From Auanema rhodensis (taxonomy: Eukaryota > Animalia > Nematoda): DNA of 64,000 bases. The notes beneath the pieces are model-generated. The model was not told the origin of the DNA and did not search any database. It saw only the letters and a list, made by a program, of their open reading frames with translations. Location of the stretch: assembly GCA_964057225.1 (NCBI GenBank), contig OZ059895.1, positions 22,072,001 to 22,136,000 of the forward strand, given 5' to 3'. Shown piece by piece: positions 1-11,700 of the stretch (within the stretch, counting starts at the first letter, position 1; the number at the start of each line of letters is the position of its first letter). Made by a program: the position numbers and the translations under genes.

Positions 1-16
1 TTAATTTATGCTAATT

Positions 17-39
17 AAGTGTACACATGATGTGCACTT
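17..39. repeat. Short hairpin AAGTGTACA-catga-TGTGCACTT in each monomer
   Basis: 9-bp stem with one T-G mismatch and a 5-nt loop. The arms overlap the palindromes GTGTACAC (19-26) and GTGCAC (32-37). Confidence 0.8.
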
Positions 40-80
40 GGTATGTAACTCGTTTCACGTCAAAGATAAAGAGATGCGGT

Positions 81-164
81 TTTCAAAATTGGATTCCCCA
101 TGTCCATATTAGTCTAAAAACAAATTTTTATTAATATTGGTGCATGGTAACTATGACTTTGAAA
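81..164. repeat. Degenerate inverted repeat (dyad) inside each monomer, axis at 122/123
   Basis: TTTCAAA 81-87 pairs with TTTGAAA 158-164, CCATG 98-102 with CATGG 143-147, and TAAAAA 115-120 with TTTTTA 125-130, all on the same axis. CC-ATATTA 104-111 pairs with TAATAT-T-GG 132-140 with small bulges. Confidence 0.75.
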
Positions 165-2463
165 TTTACGTGAACTTTAATTTATGCTAATTAAGTGTAC
201 ACATGATGTGCACTTGGTATGTAACTCGCTTCACGTGAAAGATGAAGAGATGCGGTTTTCAAAATTAGATTCCCCATGTCCATATTAGTCTAAAAACAAA
301 TTTTTATTAATATTGGTGCATGGCAACCATGACTTTAAAATTTACGTGAACTTTAATTTATGCTAATTAAGTGTACACATGATGTGCACTTGGTATGTAA
401 CTCGCTTCACGTGAAAGATAAAGAGATGCGGTTTTCAAAATAGATTCCCCATTTCCATATTAGTCTAAAAACAAATTTTTATTGATATTGGTGCATGGCA
501 ACCATGACTTTAAAATTTACGTGAACTTTAATTTATGCTAATTAAGTGTACACATGATGTGCACTTGGTATGGAACTCGCTTCACGTCAAAGATAAAGAG
601 AAGAGGTTTTCAAAATAAGATTCCCCATGTCAATATTAGTCTAAAAACAAATTTTTATTAATATTGGTGCATGGTAACCATGACTTTGAAATTTACGTGA
701 ACTTTAATTTATGCTAATTAAGTGTACACATGATGTGCGCTTGGTATGTAACTCGCTTCACGTGAAAGATAAAGAGATGCGGTTTTCATAATTAGATTCC
801 TCATTTCCATATTAGTCTAAAAACAAATTTTTATTAATATTGGTGCATGGTAACCATGACTTTGAAATTTACGTGAACTTTAATTTATGCTAATTAAGTG
901 TACACATGATGTGCACTTGGTATGTAACTCGCTTCACGTGAAAGATGAAGAGATGCGGTTTTCAAAATTAGATTCCCCATGTCCATATTAGTCTAAAAAC
1001 AAATTTTTATTAATATTGGTGCATGGTAACCATGACTTTGAAATTTACGTGAACTTTAATTTATGCTAATTAAGTGTACACATGATGTGCACTTGGTATG
1101 TAACTCGCTTCACGTGAAAGATAAAGAGATGCGGTTTTCCAAATTAGATTTCGCATGTCCATATTAGTCTAAAAACAAATTTTTATTGATATTGGTGCAT
1201 GGTAACCATGACTTTGAAATTTACGTGAACTTTAATTTATGCTAATTAAGTGTACACATGATGTGCACTCGGTATGTAACTCGCTTCACGTGAAAGATGA
1301 AGAGATGCGGTTTTCAAAATTAGATTCCTCATGTCCATATTAGTCTAAAAACGAATTTTTATTGATATTGGTGCATGGTAACCATGACTTTGAAATTTAC
1401 GTGAACTTTAATTTATGCTTATTAAGTGTACACGTGATGTGCACTTGGTATGTAACTCGCTTCACGTGAAATATAAAGGGATGCGGTTTTCAAAATTAGA
1501 TTCCCCATGTCCATATTAGTCTAAAAACAAATTTTTATTAATATTGGTGCATGGTAACCATGACTTTAAAATTTACGTGAACTTTAATTTATGCTAATTA
1601 AGTGTACACATGATGTGCACTCGGTATGTAACTCGCTTCACGTGAAAGATGAAGAGATGCGGTTTTCAAAATTAGATTCCTCATGTCCATATTAGTCTAA
1701 AAACGAATTTTTATTGATATTGGTGCATGGTAACCATGACTTTGAAATTTACGTGAACTTTAATTTATGCTTATTAAGTGTACACGTGATGTGCACTTGG
1801 TATGTAACTCGCTTCACGTGAAATATAAAGGGATGCGGTTTTCAAAATTAGATTCCCCATGTCCATATTAGTCTAAAAACAAATTTTTATTAATATTGGT
1901 GCATGGTAACTATGACTTTGAAATTTACGTGAACTTTAATTTATGCTAATTAAGTGTACACATGATGTGCACTCGGTATGTAACTCGCTTCACGTGAAAG
2001 ATGAAGAGATGCGGTTTTCAAAATTAGATTCCCCATGTCCATATTAGTCTAAAAACAAATTTTTATTAATATTGGTGCATGGCAACCATGACTTTAAAAT
2101 TTACGTGAACTTTAATTTATGCTAATTAAGTGTACACATGATGTGCACTTGGTATGTAACTCGTTTCACGTCAAAGATAAAGAGATGCGGTTTTCAAAAT
2201 TGGATTCCCCATGTCCATATTAGTCTAAAAACAAATTTTTATTAATATTGGTGCATGGTAACTATGACTTTGAAATTTACGTGAACTTTAATTTATGCTA
2301 ATTAAGTGTACACATGATGTGCACTTGGTATGTAACTCGCTTCACGTGAAAGATGAAGAGATGCGGTTTTCAAAATTAGATTCCCCATGTCCATATTAGT
2401 CTAAAAACAAATTTTTATTAATATTGGTGCATGGCAACCATGACTTTAAAATTTACGTGAACT

Positions 2464-5400
2464 TTAATTTATGCTAATTAAGTGTACACATGATGTGCAC
2501 TTGGTATGTAACTCGCTTCACGTGAAAGATAAAGAGATGCGGTTTTCAAAATAGATTCCCCATTTCCATATTAGTCTAAAAACAAATTTTTATTGATATT
2601 GGTGCATGGCAACCATGACTTTAAAATTTACGTGAACTTTAATTTATGCTAATTAAGTGTACACATGATGTGCACTTGGTATGGAACTCGCTTCACGTCA
2701 AAGATAAAGAGAAGAGGTTTTCAAAATAAGATTCCCCATGTCAATATTAGTCTAAAAACAAATTTTTATTAATATTGGTGCATGGTAACCATGACTTTGA
2801 AATTTACGTGAACTTTAATTTATGCTAATTAAGTGTACACATGATGTGCGCTTGGTATGTAACTCGCTTCACGTGAAAGATAAAGAGATGCGGTTTTCAT
2901 AATTAGATTCCTCATTTCCATATTAGTCTAAAAACAAATTTTTATTAATATTGGTGCATGGTAACCATGACTTTGAAATTTACGTGAACTTTAATTTATG
3001 CTAATTAAGTGTACACATGATGTGCACTTGGTATGTAACTCGCTTCACGTGAAAGATGAAGAGATGCGGTTTTCAAAATTAGATTCCCCATGTCCATATT
3101 AGTCTAAAAACAAATTTTTATTAATATTGGTGCATGGTAACCATGACTTTGAAATTTACGTGAACTTTAATTTATGCTAATTAAGTGTACACATGATGTG
3201 CACTTGGTATGTAACTCGCTTCACGTGAAAGATAAAGAGATGCGGTTTTCCAAATTAGATTTCGCATGTCCATATTAGTCTAAAAACAAATTTTTATTGA
3301 TATTGGTGCATGGTAACCATGACTTTGAAATTTACGTGAACTTTAATTTATGCTAATTAAGTGTACACATGATGTGCACTCGGTATGTAACTCGCTTCAC
3401 GTGAAAGATGAAGAGATGCGGTTTTCAAAATTAGATTCCTCATGTCCATATTAGTCTAAAAACGAATTTTTATTGATATTGGTGCATGGTAACCATGACT
3501 TTGAAATTTACGTGAACTTTAATTTATGCTTATTAAGTGTACACGTGATGTGCACTTGGTATGTAACTCGCTTCACGTGAAATATAAAGGGATGCGGTTT
3601 TCAAAATTAGATTCCCCATGTCCATATTAGTCTAAAAACAAATTTTTATTAATATTGGTGCATGGTAACCATGACTTTAAAATTTACGTGAACTTTAATT
3701 TATGCTAATTAAGTGTACACATGATGTGGACTTGGTATGTAACTCGCTTCACGTCAAAGATAAAGAGATGCGGTTTTCAAAATTAGATTCCCCATGTCCA
3801 TATTAGTCTAAAAACAAATTTTTATTGATATTGGTGCATGGTAACCATGACTTTGAAATTAACGTGAACTTTAATTTATGCTAATTAAGTGTACACATGA
3901 TGTGCACTTGGTATGTAACTCGCTTCACGTCAAAGATAAAGAGATGCGGTTTTTAAAATTAGATTCCCCATGTCCATATTAGTCTAAAAACAAATTTTTA
4001 TTAATATTGGTGCATGGTAACCATGACTTTGAAATTTACGTGAACTTCAATTTATGCTAATTAAGTGTACACGTGATGTGCACTTGGTATGTAACTTGCT
4101 TCACGTGAAAGATAAAGAGATGCGGTTTTCAAAATTAGATTCCCCATGTCCATATTAGTCTAAACACAAATTTTTATTGATATTGGTGCATGGTAACCAT
4201 GACTTTGAAATTTACGTGAACTTTAATTTATGCTAATTAAGTGTACACGTGATGTGCTCTTGGTATGTAACTCGCTTCACGTGAAAGATAAAGAGATGCG
4301 GTTTTCAAAATTAGATTCCCCATTTCCATATTAGTCAAAAAACAAATTTTTATTGATATTGGTGCATGGCAACCATGACTTTAAAATTTACGTGAACTTT
4401 AATTTATGCTAATTAAGTGTACACATGATGTGCACTTGGTATGTAACTCGCTTCACGTCAAAGATAAAGAGATGCGGTTTTCAAAATTAGATTCCCCATG
4501 TCCATATTAGTCTAAAAACAAATTTTTATTAATATTGGTGCATGGTAACCATGACTTTGAAATTTACGTGAACTTTAATTTATGCTAATTAAGTGTACAC
4601 ATGATGTGCGCTTGGTATGTAACTCGCTTCACGTGAAAGATAAAGAGATGCGGTTTTCAAAATTAGATTCCCCATTTCCATATTAGTCTAAAAACAAATT
4701 TTTATTGATATTGGTGCATGGCAACCATGACTTTAAAATTTACGTGAACTTTAATTTATGCTAATTAAGTGTACACATGATGTGCACTTGGTATGTAACT
4801 CGTTTCACGTCAAAGATAAAGAGATGCGGTTTTCAAAATTGGATTCCCCATGTCCATATTAGTCTAAAAACAAATTTTTATTAATATTGATGCATGGTAA
4901 CCATGACTTTGAAATTTACGTGAACTTTAATTTATGCTAATTAAGTGTACACATGATGTGCACTTGGTATGTAACTCGCTTCACGTGAAATATAAAGGGA
5001 TGCGGTTTTCAAAATTAGATTCCCCATGTCCATATTAGTCGAAACACAAATTTTTATTGATATTGGTGCATGGTAACCATGACTTTGAAATTTACGTGAA
5101 CTTTAATTTATGCTAATTAAGTGTACACGTGATGTGCACTTGGTATGTAACTCGCTTCACGTGAAAGATAAAGAGATGCGGTTTTCAAAATTAGATTCCC
5201 CATTTCCATATTAGTCAAAAAACAAATTTTTATTGATATTGGTGCATGGCAACCATGACTTTAAAATTTACGTGAACTTTAATTTATGCTAATTAAGTGT
5301 ACACATGATGTGCACTTGGTATGTAACTCGCTTCACGTCAAAGATAAAAGGATGCGGTTTTCAAAATTAGATTCCCCATGTCCATATTAGTCTAAAAACA

Positions 5401-8400
5401 AATTTTTATTAATATTGGTGCATGGTAACCATGACTTTGAAATTTACGTGAACTTTAATTTATGCTGATTAAGTGTACACATGATGTGCGCTTGGTATGT
5501 AACTCGCTTCACGTGAAAGATGAAGAGATGCGGTTTTCAAAATTAGATTCCCCATTTCCATATTAGTCTAAAAACAAATTTTTATTAATATTGGTGCATG
5601 GCAACCATGACTTTAAAATTTACGTGAACTTTAATTTATGCTAATTAAGTGTACACATGATGTGCACTTGGTATGTAACTCGCTTCACGTGAAAGATAAA
5701 GAGATGCGGTTTTCAAAATAGATTCCCCATTTCCATATTAGTCTAAAAACAAATTTTTATTGATATTGGTGCATGGCAACCATGACTTTAAAATTTACGT
5801 GAACTTTAATTTATGCTAATTAAGTGTACACATGATGTGCACTTGGTATGGAACTCGCTTCACGTCAAAGATAAAGAGAAGAGGTTTTCAAAATAAGATT
5901 CCCCATGTCAATATTAGTCTAAAAACAAATTTTTATTAATATTGGTGCATGGTAACCATGACTTTGAAATTTACGTGAACTTTAATTTATGCTAATTAAG
6001 TGTACACATGATGTGCGCTTGGTATGTAACTCGCTTCACGTGAAAGATAAAGAGATGCGGTTTTCATAATTAGATTCCTCATTTCCATATTAGTCTAAAA
6101 ACAAATTTTTATTAATATTGGTGCATGGTAACCATGACTTTGAAATTTACGTGAACTTTAATTTATGCTAATTAAGTGTACACATGATGTGCACTTGGTA
6201 TGTAACTCGCTTCACGTGAAAGATGAAGAGATGCGGTTTTCAAAATTAGATTCCCCATGTCCATATTAGTCTAAAAACAAATTTTTATTAATATTGGTGC
6301 ATGGTAACCATGACTTTGAAATTTACGTGAACTTTAATTTATGCTAATTAAGTGTACACATGATGTGCACTTGGTATGTAACTCGCTTCACGTGAAAGAT
6401 AAAGAGATGCGGTTTTCCAAATTAGATTTCGCATGTCCATATTAGTCTAAAAACAAATTTTTATTGATATTGGTGCATGGTAACCATGACTTTGAAATTT
6501 ACGTGAACTTTAATTTATGCTAATTAAGTGTACACATGATGTGCACTCGGTATGTAACTCGCTTCACGTGAAAGATGAAGAGATGCGGTTTTCAAAATTA
6601 GATTCCTCATGTCCATATTAGTCTAAAAACGAATTTTTATTGATATTGGTGCATGGTAACCATGACTTTGAAATTTACGTGAACTTTAATTTATGCTTAT
6701 TAAGTGTACACGTGATGTGCACTTGGTATGTAACTCGCTTCACGTGAAATATAAAGGGATGCGGTTTTCAAAATTAGATTCCCCATGTCCATATTAGTCT
6801 AAAAACAAATTTTTATTAATATTGGTGCATGGTAACCATGACTTTAAAATTTACGTGAACTTTAATTTATGCTAATTAAGTGTACACATGATGTGGACTT
6901 GGTATGTAACTCGCTTCACGTCAAAGATAAAGAGATGCGGTTTTCAAAATTAGATTCCCCATGTCCATATTAGTCTAAAAACAAATTTTTATTGATATTG
7001 GTGCATGGTAACCATGACTTTGAAATTAACGTGAACTTTAATTTATGCTAATTAAGTGTACACATGATGTGCACTTGGTATGTAACTCGCTTCACGTCAA
7101 AGATAAAGAGATGCGGTTTTTAAAATTAGATTCCCCATGTCCATATTAGTCTAAAAACAAATTTTTATTAATATTGGTGCATGGTAACCATGACTTTGAA
7201 ATTTACGTGAACTTCAATTTATGCTAATTAAGTGTACACGTGATGTGCACTTGGTATGTAACTTGCTTCACGTGAAAGATAAAGAGATGCGGTTTTCAAA
7301 ATTAGATTCCCCATGTCCATATTAGTCTAAACACAAATTTTTATTGATATTGGTGCATGGTAACCATGACTTTGAAATTTACGTGAACTTTAATTTATGC
7401 TAATTAAGTGTACACGTGATGTGCTCTTGGTATGTAACTCGCTTCACGTGAAAGATAAAGAGATGCGGTTTTCAAAATTAGATTCCCCATTTCCATATTA
7501 GTCAAAAAACAAATTTTTATTGATATTGGTGCATGGCAACCATGACTTTAAAATTTACGTGAACTTTAATTTATGCTAATTAAGTGTACACATGATGTGC
7601 ACTTGGTATGTAACTCGCTTCACGTCAAAGATAAAGAGATGCGGTTTTCAAAATTAGATTCCCCATGTCCATATTAGTCTAAAAACAAATTTTTATTAAT
7701 ATTGGTGCATGGTAACCATGACTTTGAAATTTACGTGAACTTTAATTTATGCTAATTAAGTGTACACATGATGTGCGCTTGGTATGTAACTCGCTTCACG
7801 TGAAAGATAAAGAGATGCGGTTTTCAAAATTAGATTCCCCATTTCCATATTAGTCTAAAAACAAATTTTTATTGATATTGGTGCATGGCAACCATGACTT
7901 TAAAATTTACGTGAACTTTAATTTATGCTAATTAAGTGTACACATGATGTGCACTTGGTATGTAACTCGTTTCACGTCAAAGATAAAGAGATGCGGTTTT
8001 CAAAATTGGATTCCCCATGTCCATATTAGTCTAAAAACAAATTTTTATTAATATTGATGCATGGTAACCATGACTTTGAAATTTACGTGAACTTTAATTT
8101 ATGCTAATTAAGTGTACACATGATGTGCACTTGGTATGTAACTCGCTTCACGTGAAATATAAAGGGATGCGGTTTTCAAAATTAGATTCCCCATGTCCAT
8201 ATTAGTCTAAACACAAATTTTTATTGATATTGGTGCATGGTAACCATGACTTTGAAATTTACGTGAACTTTAATTTATGCTAATTAAGTGTACACGTGAT
8301 GTGCACTTGGTATGTAACTCGCTTCACGTGAAAGATAAAGAGATGCGGTTTTCAAAATTAGATTCCCCATTTCCATATTAGTCAAAAAACAAATTTTTAT

Positions 8401-8797
8401 TGATATTGGTGCATGGCAACCATGACTTTAAAATTTACGTGAACTTTAATTTATGCTAATTAAGTGTACACATGATGTGCACTTGGTATGTAACTCGCTT
8501 CACGTCAAAGATAAAAGGATGCGGTTTTCAAAATTAGATTCCCCATGTCCATATTAGTCTAAAAACAAATTTTTATTAATATTGGTGCATGGTAACCATG
8601 ACTTTGAAATTTACGTGAACTTTAATTTATGCTGATTAAGTGTACACATGATGTGCGCTTGGTATGTAACTCGCTTCACGTGAAAGATAAAGAGATGCGG
8701 TTTTCAAAATTAGATTCCCCATTTCCATATTAGTCTAAAAACAAATTTTTATTGATATTGGTGCATGGCAACCATGACTTTAAAATTTACGTGAACT
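2464..8797 (+). repeat. Higher-order repeat, two copies of an 18-mer (3167 bp)
   Basis: Markers TGGAAC 2682/5849, GTGGACTT 3726/6893 and GCTGATT 5464/8631 are all 3167 bp apart (18x176-1). Boundaries are approximate. Confidence 0.88.
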
Positions 8798-11700
8798 TTA
8801 ATTTATGCTAATTAAGTGTACACATGATGTGCACTTGGTATGTAACTCGTTTCACGTCAAAGATAAAGAGATGCGGTTTTTAAAATTGGATTCCCCATGT
8901 CCATATTAGTCTAAAAACAAATTTTTATTAATATTGATGCATGGTAACCATGACTTTGAAATTTACGTGAACTTTAATTTATGCTAATTAAGTGTACACA
9001 TGATGTGCACTTGGTATGTAACTCGCTTCACGTCAAAGATAAAGAGATGCGGTTTTCAAAATTAGATTCCCCATGTCCATATTAGTCTAAAAACAAATTT
9101 TTATTGATATTGGTGCTTGGTAACCATGACTTTGAAATTTACGTGAACTTTAATTTATGCTAATTAAGTGTACACATGATGTGCGCTTGGTATGTAACTC
9201 GCTTCACGTCAAAGATAAAGAGATGCGGTTTTCAAAATTAGATTCCCCATGTCCATATTAGTCTAAAAACAAATTTTTATTGATATTGGTGCATGGTAAC
9301 CATGACTTTGAAATTTACGTGAACTTTAATTTATGCTAATTAAGTGTACACATGATGTGCACTTGGTATGTAACTCGCTTCACGTCAAAGATAAAGAGAT
9401 GCGGTTTTCAAAATTAGATTCCCCATGTCTATATTAGTCTAAAAACATATTTTTATTAATACTGGTGCATGGTAACCATGACTTTGAAATTTACGTGAAC
9501 TTTAATTTATGCTAATTAAGTGTACACGTGATGTGCACTTGGTATGTAACTCGCTTCACGTGAAAGATAAAGAGATGCGGTTTTCAAAATTAGATTCCCC
9601 ATGTCCATATTAGTCTAAACACAAATTTTTATTGATATTGGTGCATGGTAACCATGACTTTGGAATTTACGTGAACTTTAATTTATGCTAATTAAGTGTA
9701 CACGTGATGTGCACTTGGTATGTAACTCGCTTCACGTGAAAGATAAAGAGATGCGGTTTTCAAAATTAGATTCCCCATTTCCATATTAGTCTAAAAACAA
9801 ATTTTTATTGATATTGGTGCATGGCAACCATGACTTTAAAATTTACGTGAACTTTAATTTATGCTAATTAAGTGTACACATGATGTGCACTTGGTATGTA
9901 ACTCGTTTCACGTCAAAGATAAAGAGATGCGGTTTTCAAAATTGGATTCCCCATGTCCATATTAGTCTAAAAACAAATTTTTATTAATATTGGTGCATGG
10001 TAACCATGACTTTGAAATTTACGTGAACTTTAATTTATGCTAATTAAGTGTACACATGATGTGCGCTTGGTATGTAACTCGCTTCACGTGAAAGATAAAG
10101 AGATGCGGTTTTCAAAATTAGATTCCCCATTTCCATATTAGTCTAAAAACAAATTTTTATTGATATTGGTGCATGGCAACCATGACTTTAAAATTTACGT
10201 GAACTTTAATTTATGCTAATTAAGTGTACACATGATGTGCACTTGGTATGTAACTCGTTTCACGTCAAAGATAAAGAGATGCGGTTTTCAAAATTGGATT
10301 CCCCATGTCCATATTAGTCTTAAAACAAATTTTTATTAATATTGGTGCATGGTAACCATGACTTTGAAATTTACGTGAACTTTAATTTATGCTAATTAAG
10401 TGTACACATGATGTGCACTTGGTATGTAACTCGCTTCACGTGAAAGATGAAGAGATGCGGTTTTCAAAATTAGATTCCCCATATCCATATTAGTCTAAAA
10501 ACAAATTTTCATTGATATTGGTGCATGGTAACCATGACTTTGAAATTTACGTGAACTTTAATTTATGCTAATTAAATGTACACGTGATGTGCACTTGGTA
10601 TGTAACTCGCTTCACGTCAAAGATAAAGAGATGAGGTTTTCAAAATTAGATTCCCCATGTCCATATTAGTCTAAAAACAAATTTTTATTAATATTGGTGC
10701 ATGGTAACCATGACTTTGAAATTTACGTGAACTTTAATTTATGCTAATTAAGTGTACACATGATGTGCGCTTGGTATGTAACTCGCTTCACGTGAAAGAT
10801 AAAGAGATGCGGTTTTCAAAATTAGATTCCCCATTTCCATATTAGTCTAAAAACAAATTTTTATTGATATTGGTGCATGGCAACCATGACTTTAAAATTT
10901 ACGTGAACTTTAATTTATGCTAATTAAGTGTACACATGATGTGCACTTGGTATGTAACTCGTTTCACGTCAGAGATAAAGAGATGCGGTTTTCAAAATTG
11001 GATTCCCCATGTCCATATTGGTCTTAAAACAAATTTTTATTAATATTGGTGCATGGTAACCATGACTTTGAAATTTACGTGAACTTTAATTTATGCTAAT
11101 TAAGTGTACACGTGATGTGCACTTGGTATGTAACTCGCTTCACGTGAAAGATAAAGAGATGCGGTTTTCAAAATTGGATTCCCCATGTCCATATTGGTCT
11201 TAAAACAAATTTTTATTAATATTGGTGCATGGTAACCATGACTTTGAAATTTACGTGAACTTTAATTTATGCTAATTAAGTGTACACATGATGTGCACTT
11301 GGTATGTAACTCGCTTCACGTGAAAGATGAAGAGATGCGGTTTTCAAAATTAGATTCCCCATATCCATATTAGTCTAAAAACAAATTTTCATTGATATTG
11401 GTGCATGGTAACCATGACTTTGAAATTTACGTGAACTTTAATTTATGCTAATTAAATGTACACGTGATGTGCACTTGGTATGTAACTCGCTTCACGTCAA
11501 AGATAAAGAGATGAGGTTTTCAAAATTAGATTCCCCATGTCCATATTAGTCTAAAAACAAATTTTTATTAATATTGGTGCATGGTAACCATGACTTTGAA
11601 ATTTACGTGAACTTTAATTTATGCTAATTAAGTGTACACGTGATGTGCACTTGGTATGTAACTCGCTTCACGTGAAAGATAAAGAGATGCGGTTTTCAAA

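Larger units (their letters stand above)
1..176 (+). repeat. Representative 176-bp monomer (arbitrary phase)
   Basis: The next copy starts at 177. The consensus has 56/176 G+C by manual count. Confidence 0.98.
1..3694 (+). repeat. Higher-order duplication, period 2111 bp (12 monomers)
   Basis: The rare TGGAACTC/GAGAAGAGG/GTCAATATT monomer occurs at 571 and 2682. Monomers 1-9 are repeated from 2112. Confidence 0.85.

Noticed and set aside
2-17. POU/homeodomain-like site TAATTTATGCTAATTA
   Set aside because: An AT-rich motif expected by chance in this composition, with no independent support.
81-130. Derivation from a Helitron/Helentron or MITE internal repeat
   Set aside because: No element termini, target-site duplications or flanks lie in the window, so this cannot be supported without a search.
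1-176. CENP-B box
   Set aside because: No match to the TTCG....A..CGGG core on either strand.
1-176. Identity with known 171-178-bp satellites (Brassica CentBr, Arabidopsis CEN180, alpha satellite, honeybee AluI)
   Set aside because: Only the length is similar. I recognise no sequence similarity and the consensus lacks AAGCTT/AGCT sites. A database search is needed to settle it.
1-176. tRNA, 5S rRNA or snRNA tandem gene array
   Set aside because: No cloverleaf, A/B boxes or recognisable 5S/snRNA sequence.
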